Under the pieces are notes generated by a model. The model had not been told where the DNA came from, made no database searches, and worked only from the letters and a program-made list of their open reading frames with translations. DNA of 64,000 nt from the human T2T-CHM13v2.0 reference genome, Homo sapiens: the NCBI RefSeq assembly GCF_009914755.1, contig NC_060947.1; one strand, written 5' to 3'. Positions 46,666-59,056 of the stretch are shown here, one piece after another. Both the position numbers and the translations under genes were made by a program. Position 1 is the first letter of the stretch. Every line of letters starts with the position of its first letter.

Positions 46666-48211
46666 TGAAGTTGTTTATCAGATCTAGGAGTCTTTGGGAA
46701 AAGACTATGGAGTTTTCTAGATATAGAATTATATGCTATGAGAGACAGTTCAACTTTTTCTCTTTCTATTTGGATGCTTTTGCTTTCTTTCTCTTGCCTG
46801 ATTGTTCTGGCTAGGGCCATCAGTACTATGTTTAAGAGGAATGGTGAGAGTGGGGACTTTTGTCTTGTTTCACTTCTCCAAGGGAATGCTTACAGCTTTC
46901 ATCTATTCAGTATAATGTTGGCTGTGGGTTTTTCATAGATGGCTCCTATTGTTTTGAGGTATGTACCTTCAATGCCTAGGATTTTCCATTTTTAATATGA
47001 ACGGACGTTGAATTTTATGGAAAGCCTTTTCTAATCTAATCTATTGAGATTATCATGTTGCTTTTTTTTAAGTTCTGTTTCTGTGATGAATCACATTTAT
47101 TGATTTGGGTATGTCCAAACAACCTTACACTCCAGAGATAAGGCCTACTTGATCATGGTGGATTAGCTTTTTGATGTGTTGTTGGATTCAGTTTGCTTGT
47201 ATTTTCTTGAGGACTTTTGCATATATTTTTATCAAGGATATTGACCTGAATTTTTTTTCATTATGACTCTGCCAGTTTTTTGGTGTCAGAATGATGCTGG
47301 CCTCATAGAATGAGTCAGGGAAGATTCCCTCATTCTCAATTTTTTGGAATAGTTTCAACAGGGTTGGTACCAGGTCTTTATTTGTCTGGTAGAGTTTGGC
47401 TGTGAATCTGTCTGGTCCATTGCCTTTTCTGGTTGGTAGGATTTTTTATTACAGATTCAATTTCAAAACTAATTAGTGGTGTGTTCATGGTTTCAATATC
47501 TTCCTGCTTCATTATTGGGAGGTTGTGTGTTCACAGAAATTTATACATTTCTTCTAGGATTACTAATTAGAGTGCATAGAGGTGTTCATAATAGTCTCTG
47601 AGTGTATTTTGTATTTCTGTGGGGTCAGTAGTGATGTCCCCTATTTCATTTCTGATTGTGTTTATTTGGATATTCTCTTTTTTCTCTTTATTTGTGTAGC
47701 TAGAATGCTAGCAATCTTTTTTTTCAATAAAACCACAATTTTTGGTTTTGTTGATCTTTTGTACCACATCTCAATTTTGTTCAATTTAGCTCTGATTTTA
47801 GTTTTTTCATTTATCCTGCTTGTTTTGAGGTTAGATTGCTCTTGTTTTTCCAACTCCTTTAGGTGTGATGTTAGATTGTTAATTTGAGGTATTTGTAAAT
47901 TTCGTATGTGGGCATTTAGTACTTTAAACTTTATTTTTAACAGTGTTTTAAGTGTGTCCCATATATTCTGGAATGTTTTATGTTTTTTATCATCTGTTTT
48001 ACAGAATTTTTAGATTTCTGCCTTAATTTTATTGTTTACCCAAAAGTCATTTAGGAACAGTTTGTTTGATTTCCATTTAATTGTATGATTTTGAGAGATC
48101 TTGGTATTTATTTCTTTTTTTATTGAACTGAGAGTGTGGTTTGTAAGATTTTGATCTGAGAGTGTGGTTGCTATGATTTCATTTTTTTAATTTGTAGAAA
48201 AGTGTTTTGTG

Positions 48212-48552
48212 AAAAGAATGATATCATGTCCTTTGCAGGGACATAGATGGAGCTGGTGGCTATTATTCTTAGTAAACTAACACAGGAACAGAACACCAAA
48301 TACTGCATGTTCTCACTTGTAAGTGAGAGCTAAATAATGAGAACACATGGACACAGAGGGGAACAACACACACTGCTGCCTTTTGGAGGGAGGAGGTTGG
48401 GAGGAGGAAGAGAATAAAAAAAAAACTAATGGGTACTAGGCTTAATACCTGGGTTATAAAGTAATCTATACAACAAACCCCCATGGCACAAGTTTACCTA
48501 TGTAACAAACCTACACTTGTAACCCTGAACTTGAAGTAAAAGTTAAAAAAAA
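48212..48552 (+). mobile_element. L1PA12/13-like 3' end inserted antisense in the inner L1
   Basis: tcatgtcctttgcagggacatagatggagctgg...gggtactaggcttaatacctggg...A tail; degenerate TSD aaaagtgttttgtg / aaaactgcttgatg. Confidence 0.88.
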
Positions 48553-50755
48553 CTGCTTGATGGCTGAGTGTGAGTTTGATTTTAGAGTCTCTGCTATGTG
48601 CAGATGAGAATAATGTATATTCTGTTGTTTTGGGCTGGAGATTTCTGTAGATGTCTATTAGGTCTATTTGGTTAAGTGTTAACCTTAAGTCCCACATATT
48701 TTTGTTAGTTTTCTGTATCAATCATCTGTCTAATACTGTTAGTGGGGTGTTAGAGTCTCTCACTGTTATTGCATGACTAAGTCTCTTCATACATCTCAAA
48801 AATCTTGGAATCTGGGTGCTCCTATGCTGGATGCATATATAGTTAGAATATTTAAGTCACCTTGTTGCATTGAACTCTTTATCACTAAGTAATGCATTTC
48901 TTTATCCTTTTTGATTCTTGTGGTTTAATGCTTGTTTTCTCTCAAATTAGAATAGCAACCTATGCACTTTTATGTTTTATGTTTGCTTGATAAATCTTTT
49001 CTCATCCCTTTACTTTGAGTCTATGGTTGTTCTTTCATGTGAGATGGGTATCTTAAAGACCGTGTACAGTTGGGTCTTGCTTCTTTACTCAATGTTCCAC
49101 TCTGTGCCTTTTCAGAGAGGTGGTTAGCCTGTTTTTATTCAAGGTTAATATTAATATTTGCAGATTTGATTCTGTCCTCATGTTGTTAGCTGATTGTTAC
49201 GTGTCTTGTTTGTGTATTTGCTTTATAGTGTCAATCGTCTATGTACTTGAGTGTGTTTTTAGGGGTGGACAGTAATGGTCTTTTTTTTCTTCATACTTAG
49301 CACACCCTTAAGGAACTGTTGTAAGATAGGTCTGTCAGTATCAAATTCCCTCAGCATTTGCTTGTGTGAAAAAACTTTATTTCTTTTTGGTTTATAAAGC
49401 TTAGTTTCACTGGATATGAAATTCTTGGTTGGAATTTCTTTGCTTTAGGGATGCTGAATATAGGCCCTCAATCTTTTCTGGCTTGTGGGATTGAGGTCTG
49501 CTGTTATCCTGATGGGGCTCCCTTTGTAGGTGACCTGCTCCTTCTCTCTAGCTGCCTTTAATGTTTTCTCTTTTACTTTGACGTTGGAGAATCTGATGAC
49601 TATGGGTCTTTGTGCATTTTGGGTGGTTGTCTTGTTTAGTATCTCCCAGGGTTTCTCTAAATTTTCTGAATTTGGGTGCGATCCTCTCTAGTGAGGTTGT
49701 AAACATTTTTATGGACAATATGCTCAAATATTTGTTCCAAGTTGCTTTCATGCTCTCTCTCCCTCTGCTCTGCTTTCTCTCTCTTGGACCTCTACAAGTG
49801 ATAGATTTAGTCTCTACATAATCCAATATTTCTCAGACATTTTGTTCATTTTTTTTCAAATTATATTTTCTCTGTTTTTATCTGACTGAGTTAATGCAAA
49901 AAGTGGTATTTGAACTCTGAGATTATTTCCTCAGTTGGTCTATTCTGTTGCTAGTGCTATAAATTGTGTTATGAAATTACTGTAGTGTGTTTTTCAGTTT
50001 CATGAGCTCAAATCTGGTTATTTCCTAAAATAACCATTTTGTTTTTCATCTCTTGAATCATTTTATTGGATTCCTTATATTTCTTTGGAATGGGTTGCAA
50101 CTTACTTCTGGATATCAATTATCTTTGTTGTCATCCAGGTTCTGAATTCTGTGTCTGTAGTAGCTGCCATTTCATTCTGGTTGAGAAGCATTGCTGTGGA
50201 TCCAGTGGAGTTGTTTGGAGGTAAGGATACACACTGGCTTTTAGTTGCCAGAATTCTTGCCCTGGTTGTTTCTCATCTGTGTGGGCTGATGTTCTTTTAA
50301 CTGTGATGTAATTTGATTATACTCAGTTGGCTTCATTTCTGGATGTTTTCAGAGGGCTGAGGCTTTGTGTAGGCTCTTTATTTGTGGCTGAATTCTTCTC
50401 CTTGGTCTGACAGGGAGGATGTCTTAACATAGTATTTTCATTATTGAAGTTTGAGCTGCTACCTAGTAGCTGGCACTTAAGTGTAATTCCTGATAGATAG
50501 GTTCTTACACTGCCATGTGACTCCTTGTTACTTCTTCATGTTGCATCCCTGCACCCTCTCAGTGCTCTGAGTGTGTAGGCTCCTCTCCCTCTCAAGTGCT
50601 GGCCACACATCTTGGCTTGGCACTCCCAGGCTGCACATTTCAGCCCTGGGTCAGGCTCAGACTTTTTATTCACTTACCATCTTAAGGGTTGCATGGTTGG
50701 GGACCTTGTCAGTGGCAATGACAGAGACCCTTTCACTTGACTCTTGTCTCTCTCC

Positions 50756-50997
50756 GATGAGAATATATATTCTGTTTTTGTTGGGTAGAGTGTTCTTTAG
50801 ATGGATGTTGAATCCATTTCGTCAAGTATCAAGTTCAGGTCTAGAATATCTTTCTTAGTATTCTTCCTCAATGATCATTCAATATTGTCAGTGGGCTGTT
50901 GAAGTCTCCCACTATTATTGTGTGGTTATCTAAGTCTCTTCATAAATCTCTAAGAGCCTGTTTTATGACTCTGGGTACTGCAGCGTTGAGTGCACAT
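50756..50997 (-). mobile_element. Isolated L1 ORF2 endonuclease fragment embedded in the inner L1 5'UTR
   Basis: gttgaagtctcccactattattg reads IIVGDFN on the minus strand; homologous to about 48602-48838; no tail. Confidence 0.85.
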
Positions 50998-53900
50998 TGG
51001 CTTAACGCCAGAGAAATGCAAAACTGCTGCCAATTAGAATAATCAGCCTGGGGTGGGGTGTCTGCATTGCTTGCCCAAGATGGGGGACTCTGCCTGGTGA
51101 AAAGAATGTGGGGTGGTGGACTCATGGGGAAGACAGTCTCTATAGGATGGCTGTGGCATACGGATTTTGAGTAAAGAACTCAGGCTCTTTGTCGCTTCCA
51201 CAGCCTGGAGGCAGAAAGGGTGGATACTGCTGCAGCATCAGTGACAGAGGGGCTGTCAGTTATCTCTGGGAACTCCATCCCAGGGAGATATGAAGCCACT
51301 ACTAATACAAATGTTCAGCTGAAGGATCTGAGCATCTGCACTGCTGACCCAAGCCAGGGGACCTGCCTAATGAAGAGCAGGGATTCAGAGGCTCAGAGAG
51401 AGGAGAGACTGGCCTCCAGTATGGGAGCTGTGGCATGCTGTCAGTGCAATGAAAGCCATCAGGCTCATTGTTCCTTCCCCAAGGACAGCAAGGGCAGTAC
51501 CACTGCAGTGGCGATGGCAGAGTCTGTAGATTGTCTCTGGAATTTCCTCCCATAGAAATGCAGAGGTGCCACTGACTGAAGTGATAAGCTCGATGCAGGG
51601 CTGCTATGTTGTAGGCCCATGTCAGAAGGTCGTGCCCATTGAGGAGCAGTTGGGAGCAGGAACCCGCATGGAAAATAGTCTGGCTACTTTTTCATAATGC
51701 AGCTGTGGTGTGCTAGAGGCCCATGATAGTTCTTGGGTTCTTCACTCTCTTCCCAGCTTGAAGGCAGTAAGGGTGGGGCTGTGGCAGTGGCAAAAATGGC
51801 AGACCAGTTGGTGACTTCTGGGAGTTCTGTCCCAGATAAATGCAGAGCTGCTACTGGCTCAAGTATTCTGATGAGGGTGTGGTGGCTATGCTGGGGTTTC
51901 AGGACAGTGGGGTTTGCCTGGCAATATGTAGCAGAGACAAGGCCTGTAGTCTGTCTTCTTCTTAGTACTGTGGATGCAGCTCCTATCCTTGGACCGTGCA
52001 AGAAGCCTGGCATCCCTTGTCAGAGAAGCTATGGTAGCAGATGCCAGAATACTTAAGAGTCCAAGGCCCTTGGGACTTTATGTGGGCCTGAGTGGTGACC
52101 TTTCCCAGACTCCACACAGTTTTCCATGTTAGTCTGGATGTCCCAGGGAAAGGGGGTCAGGGGAGATCTCCTGTTTCCAGGATTGCAAAGGTCTATGGCA
52201 GAAGTGTGAGTCTCTTGGGTCTCTTGCTCACTCAGTATTTCCCCATGGTTAGGAGCCTCCCTGGGCTCCATGTCATTCCTGGGTAGGCAGCTATCCGGTC
52301 TTCATCCTCTCTGATCTCTGTGAGTCATGATACTGCCTTGATGAATCCCAATGTGTCCTCCTGGATGATCCCATTGAAAAGCTCATGTTTACTAGCCACC
52401 CTATCTCCTCTGCATGAGAATAGTGCACATTAGCTCCTTCTAGTCAGCCATCTTGACCTTAACCCTTTTGTTCATTAATTTTTTTTCTTCATTTTTGTCT
52501 GACTGAGTTGATTCAAAGAACTGGCCTTTGAGCTCTGAGATTCTTTCCTCAGCCTGGTCTATTCCACTATTAGTACTTCTGATTATATTATAAAATTCTT
52601 GTAGTGACTTTTTTAGATCTAATATTTCAGTTTAGTTCTTTCTCAAAATGACTATTTTATCTTTCAGATTTTGGATCATTTTACTTGATTTTTTGGATTC
52701 CTTGGATTGGGTTTCAATTTTTTCTTGAATCTCGATGAGCTTCCTTGGTTTCCATATTCTGAATTCTCTGTCATTTCAGTCATTTTAGACTGGTTAAGAA
52801 CCACTGCTGGGAAGCTAGTGGCTCGTTTTGAGGTAAGTGGACACTCTGGCTTGTTGGCTTGCCAGTGTTCTTGTACTGATTCTCAATTGGAAAGACTGAT
52901 GTTCCTTTAATGTAGCACAAATTGAGTATAGTCATTTGGCTTCATTTCCGGATGCTTTCAGGGAACAAGGGCTCTGTAAAGAATATGTGTGGGTGAATAT
53001 TTGCGCTTGTTTTTCTCAGGTGTATATTTTAGTAGGATAAATTTCTGGTGCTATAGTTTGGTCTGTGACCCAGTAGATGGCACTTAAGAGTAATGGCTGG
53101 TATCTAGGCTAATACCCAACCATGCGGCTGTTTTCATTAGGTGTTCAAGGCGCAGGTCCACCTTGGGCAGAGGCTGTGGCTGGGAAATATGCCACACTTT
53201 TTGTGGACTGGACTGGCCATGTGGAAGGAAGTATGCCCTGCTCCCACTCAGTTCAGGAGCCAATGTGTCTCATCCCTCTCAGTGCTGTAAGGGTGACGTT
53301 CCTCCCATGCCCGAGTGCTGGCTACAGATTTCGGCTCCATACTCCTGAGCTTTTTGCTGCAGCCCTGGGGGTACTGGATGTCTCACAGCTTGGGTTGAGT
53401 TCATACTGCTGTGGTGTAATCTGATTTATTCCTGGGTCACCAAGAAAGTACTCAGGTACAGCAGTGCACTCAGTCTGTGCTGTGCAATCTGAGCTGTGCA
53501 CCCACTCCTGCAAGGCAGCTAGGCATGGAACCTCGGAGGGGCTGGTGAGCAATAGGACTTGCAGAACAGATGTGCCACAGTCCCACAGGAAAACCGGCTC
53601 CAATCTCACTGGCTCGAGGGTCAGCTGGGCCCTGTGCCTCTTGGAGTTAGACAGGAAGCCCTGGGTATGTATGTCTATGGCTGCTCTCCAATGAAGCTTA
53701 TCAGTGCACAAAAGCTCCCTTACTCCATGCCATCTGAAGGCCTGTCTCTGCCAGATCATGTGTCCCTGGGGGACACAGGGTCCATTGTGACTAGGATCTC
53801 AGAGGTCCATAGTGAAAGCCAGCTTTCCCTCAGTTCTCTCACTCACCACTTTCCCAAGGTTTACTCAGGGCCAGGAACTAGCCCTGCCTTTTGGGTATCC

Positions 53901-54110
53901 TGTCAGGGGATCCCAGCTTCCCCCTCCTTCAGCGTGGGCTTCACCATTGCATTTTTGTTCATTCTCAGTGGTTTCTTTCTCTGAAGGTCTGCTCAAAGTA
54001 TGGTGATTTACTTGATAATGTGGGCTCTCTCAGTGGGAGCAGTGCTTTCTGACTGTATTTTGTCAGCCATCTTATCTCCTCAAGTCTGATATTTTAAAAA
54101 ACAAATGTTT

Positions 54111-56520
54111 GGTAGGAGATGGAGCAAGATAGCTGAATAGAAGCCTCCAACAATCGTTCTCCCCATAGGAACACCAAATTTAACAACTATCCACACAAAA
54201 AAGCACCTATATATGAACCCAAAATTAAGTGAGTGATTGCAGTACCTGATTTTAACTTCATATTACTGAAAGAGGCACTGAAGAGGGTAGGAAAGACAGT
54301 CTTAAATTGCTAATGCCACCCCTGATCCCATCCCCTGGTAGCAACCATATGGTGCTGAGAGAGAAGCTCTGTGCTTGGCGGAGAGAAAATGAAGTGATTG
54401 TGGGACTTCACATTGGAACTTGGTGCTGCCCTGACACAGAGAAAAGCAACACAGGGCAGAATTTAGACAGCACCCATAGATGATAGTGCATTTAGACCAG
54501 CCCTAATCAAAAAGGAATTTCATAGTTTGCGTTGGAACCTGAGTTCTGGCAAGGCTCACTGCTGCAGGCTAATGTGCTCTGGTGTTCTAAATACACTTGA
54601 AAGGCAGTCAAGACCACAAAGACTGCAATTCCTGGTCAAGTTCTAGTGTTGTGCTGAGCTCAAAGCCAGTGTACTTGAGGTGCATGCAACCTAGTGAGAC
54701 ACCAACCAGGGAGACCAAGGGAGTGCTTGTGCCACACTTCTCCCAACCCTAGGCACCACAGCTTATAGCTCCATGAGAGAATCCTTCCTTCTACTTGAGG
54801 AGAGGGGAGACAAAAGAGGACTTTGTCTTGCTACTTGAATACCGGCTCAGCCACAGTAGGATAGGGCAACAGGCAGAGCCCTGAGGCCCTCCTTTTAGTC
54901 CCTGGCTTCTGGATGCCATTTCTAGATACACTGGGCCAGAAAGAAACCCACTGCCTGGAAGGAAAGACCCAGTCTTGGCATGATTAATCAGCTGCTGACT
55001 AAAGAGGCCTTAGGCCTTGAACAATTAGCAATAGTATCCGCGTAGTACTCACCATGGGCCTTGGATGAAATTCAGAGATGTGCTGGCTTCAGGTATGACC
55101 CAGTATATACCCAGTTGTGATGGCTATGAGGAGAGTTTCTTCCTGCTTGAGAAAAAAGAGGAAAGAGTAAAGGGGACTTAGTCTTGCAACATAGGTACCA
55201 GCTCGGCTACTGTGGCATAGAGCGCCAAGTGGGCTCTTTGAGTTTCTGATTTCAAACCTTGGCTCTTTGATGGCATTTCTGGATCTACCCTAGGCCAGAG
55301 GGGAGAAAGCCCACTGCCTTGAAGGGAGAGTCCCAGGCCTGGCAGCATTTATCACAAGTTGACTGAAAAGCCCTTGGTTTTTGAATGAACATCAGTGGTA
55401 TTCAGGCAGTACTCACCACAGGCCTGGAGTGGTGGCAGCCATGGACAGAGACTCCTCTACTTGTGGAAAGTGGACAGAACAATGGGAATGACTTTCTTTT
55501 GTGGCTGGAGTGCCAGCTTAGCTGCACCAAGGTAGATTCCTCAGGCTTTTGTCTCCATGCCCTGGCTCCTGTATGGCGTCTCTGGACCCACCTGGGACTA
55601 GGGGAACTGGCTGCCCTGAAAGGAAGGACGCAAGGCTGGCTGGCCTTGCCACCTCCTCATTGTAGAACCCTAGAGCCTTGAGCAAACATACAAACCAGGC
55701 AGTAGTTAGTATGGGTCTTGGATGAGATTGAGTGGTGGGCTGGCTTTTGGCGTGACCTAGCACAGTCCCAGGAGTGGTGGCCACTCCTCCTCTAGCTCCA
55801 GGCAGCTCAGCACAGGGAGAGAGAGATTCTGTTTTACTGGAAGAAAGTAAGAGAAGAAAAAAAGAGTCTCTGTTTGGTAATCCAGATAATTCTTACACAT
55901 CTTATCCAAGACTACCAAGGTAGTACCTCTGTGTGTCTGCAAGAGCCACAGAGTTACTGAGCTTGTGATGTCCCTTAATGCATACATGGGTGAAGATATC
56001 AAAAACTTAGATCATCACACCCAGTTCCCTTCAAATACCTGGAAATCCTTCCCAGGAAGGACAAGAATAAACAAGCCCAGACTGCAATGAGTAAAGCAAA
56101 TACCTTCAATGCTTAGACACCAGTAATAATCTGCAAGCATCAAGGCTATCCAGGAAAATATGACCTCACCAAATGAACTAAATTACCAGGGAGAAATCCT
56201 GGAGAGATAGAGTTATGTGATTTTTCATGTTAATGGGTACAAAAATAGAGAGAATGGATAAGATCTAGTATTTGATAAGACAACAGGGTGACTAGAGCTA
56301 AAAATAATTTGTTGCACATTTAAAAATAACTAAATAGTATAATTGGATTTTTTTCTAACATGAAGAAAGAATAAGTTCTTGAAGTAATGAATACCTCATT
56401 TACCCTTATGTGATTATAATGCATTGCATGCCTGTATCAAAATATCTCATGTACTGCATAAATATATACACTTCCTATATACCCACAAAATAAAAATAAA
56501 AATAAATTAAATTAAAAAAT
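54111..56520 (+). mobile_element. L1MA1-3-like element reduced to 5'UTR plus the first codons of ORF1 fused to the 3'UTR
   Basis: 5'UTR collinear with 27509-29500; junction near 56226 (gttatgtgatttttca|tgttaatgggtac); 3'UTR collinear with about 34275-34550. Confidence 0.88.
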
Positions 56521-57104
56521 ATTTATAGATCATATAATATATGCAAAGATTGTACTGATCGCTGAGGGTTATCTGAATGATTAATAAACTATCATGCTGC
56601 TCATAGTCCATTGGGAAATATGAATATATGTAAATTACTCTAATCCAATGCAAACTATGAATGCCATAAAAGTAATATGGGCATTGTGCCAAGGATCTAA
56701 TAAATTACTGATATATATTTGAAATAAAAATTTTGCCAGAAATAATGACTTCCAGTTTTACTTTAAGGGAATAGATGTAGTGTAACAGACACTTGATATT
56801 TTAGCATGAGGGTGGGGTATGCAGTGCAGTTAAACAAAGGCTTGGGGGTGAGAAAAAAGAATAGGTCAAATTTTAAGGGATGAAAGGGAACATGCTTGAA
56901 TTAGATGGTGTGTTGGTGTGTGTTTTCCTTCAGTGCATTATTTAATTGTTTGCCATATCCACATCAGCAGCTGCCAATTTAAACCACAGGTCATGGCATT
57001 TGACGTATAGTTTTCATAATATTGGCTTAAAAGAATTACTGCATAACAAATTTTCCTGAGTGGGAGTCACCAGTGTTCTGTTTTCTCATACTTGTTAGAG
57101 AAAC

Positions 57105-57280
57105 AGAGAAGCAATAGAACACTGAACTAGAAGTCAAGAGAACTGTATCATAAAGCTTTTCCAATTGCTTGTTTTCTGCCATTGGCTAAGTCAATTTATC
57201 TTCCTGAGCCACAATTTTTGCCTATTTATTTATTAAGGATTTAAAGAGAAAATCAGATAATGAAAAAACATTCTAAAGTC
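57105..57280 (+). mobile_element. MIR relic
   Basis: agaacactgaactagaagtcaagagaactg...ttggctaagtcaatttatcttcctgagccacaattt. Confidence 0.55.
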
Positions 57281-57529
57281 TGAAACAAAATATATACATA
57301 TTTATGTAATATACAATTTATAAATTATATTGAAATTATAAGAAATCTCTCAGTGTTTAAACTGTAAGTAACATTTCAGTAAAATGAACTCTAAGGAACT
57401 GCTCAAATTACTTGATTTTCTCAGAGTTTTATTATGACCTAGAATATGTGAGACCTTCCTTAAATAAGGCTTATAATATTTTGTTAAATTGGTCTTTGGT
57501 ATTATTTTGCCAATTTGTAGGTTTTTTTC

Positions 57530-57750
57530 AAAGTTTTATTTTCAATTAAATAATAGTTGTACATATTTATGAGGCAAAATGTGATAGTTTGATACATATA
57601 TACATTGTGAAATGATCAAATTAGACTAATTAACACATGTATAATCTCAAATACTTATCATTTCTTTGTGGTGAGAATATTTGAAATCCATTTTTACCTA
57701 TTTTGAAATGTACAATACATTATTAACTATAGTCACCATGCTATGTAGTA
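57530..57750 (-). mobile_element. L1MA-type 3'UTR fragment
   Basis: tgtacatatttatgagg...tatcatttctttgtggtgagaa...ttaactatagtcaccatgct. Confidence 0.82.
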
Positions 57751-57849
57751 TACAAGTTTTGTTAGATTTTGAATATATTAATGCATCTATCAAATTTTGC
57801 TACCCATGTTATTTCAAAATATTTTATTGTTTTTCACAAAACTGTTACC

Positions 57850-57873
57850 TGTACACACACACACACACACACG

Positions 57874-57904
<31 letters not shown>

Positions 57905-57924
57905 ACACACACACACACACACGT
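57850..57924. repeat. (CA)n microsatellite with CG interruptions; 75 bp of unbroken purine-pyrimidine alternation
   Basis: Read directly. Confidence 0.95.
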
Positions 57925-59056
57925 TTACTCTGCATTTTCTCAGAATATCTCCAAGGTATTAATGTTAAATCTATAAAACAGATTTTTTTTTTCTGGAAAG
58001 TTTTTCAATGGTTTATTTTGCCCTAAATTTAACCTTTCAAAAGCTATAATTGACAGAAGAACAAACAAATTTTTTGGAGGGAGGAATGTACTGCAGCTAG
58101 GCCAACTAACAAATGTTCTCACCACAAAGAAATGATCAGTGTTTGAGATTATAGATGTGTTAAATAGCCTGCCATAGTGATGCAGACAACAACAACAAAG
58201 AAAGTACTTGTAGGAAGCTTAAGTTATTTTACGTAGGGAATTGAGGGACAATGCGATAGATTGATCACTGGTCAAAACCATCCTTTATGTAACTTTGCAA
58301 GTTCAGTACTCCTAACATTTTCATTCCAGTGGTGCCCTTCCAAAATTGGTATATTAACAAAATTAGCTAGATGATGCAATTAGAAATGTCAAGGAGGAGA
58401 GAGAACACAAAAGCATGAAAAACAGAATGAAAGTAAAACTTGGGCCATGGGCAAAATTGTATTTAGAGAATATGAAATAAAAAAGAATGTTGCTTCTGGG
58501 GAATTTGAATTAATTTTTTTCTATCAGTTTGTTTCAGGTAATAAATTATTTTGAACACTGTTTTCTGTTCTCTTTGTTTCTTCAGTGATCTTCAATTCTG
58601 TAGAAAAATGAAGAGCTGAGAAATTGAGTGAAGTTTTCAGCAGCTTCTGTACCATACTCTACATTTAAATTGTATTAGGTTTCCCTAGTGTATATGTTAT
58701 GTCATATAAATATTTAGCACTTTGGAAGGGACAATGGGTCAGGAGGACTATTTAGTGAATTATTGTGACTCTGCGTGGAATGTTTGTCATATGACTAAAA
58801 AGAAAAGAACTTAGCTCTTTTACAGTAAGAAGTAAATCACTGACATCTTGTTTGGAAAATTTATTTGTGTTTCAAATGAACATACTGTGTGCCTATTTAA
58901 AAAAATAATCTCCAGGAATTTGTCTAATCATTAGCTTTAGAACTAGAGTAAAGAATATGTTCCATTTTCTCCTTAACATAAACTACATAGCACATTGCTA
59001 TGTTAATCATCAAATTTTCAGTTAGAGATTCATTTAACTTTCAACAATGGTTCAAT

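Noticed and set aside
48128-48180. Short tandem duplication (ctgagagtgtggtt, period 28); a similar one at about 62570-62615
   Set aside because: Ordinary slippage-type duplications with no further structure.
51220-54006. GC-richer ORFs of 100-145 aa that look like novel genes
   Set aside because: They fall inside L1 5'UTRs, where higher GC lengthens chance ORFs on both strands; no recognisable domain.
54096-56524. TSD for the internally deleted L1MA (aaaaaacaaatgttt versus aaaaaatattt)
   Set aside because: Match too short and A/T-rich to support.
57681-58026. His/Thr-repeat peptides (THTHTH)
   Set aside because: Translation of the (CA)n microsatellite; the same applies to 4463-4789.
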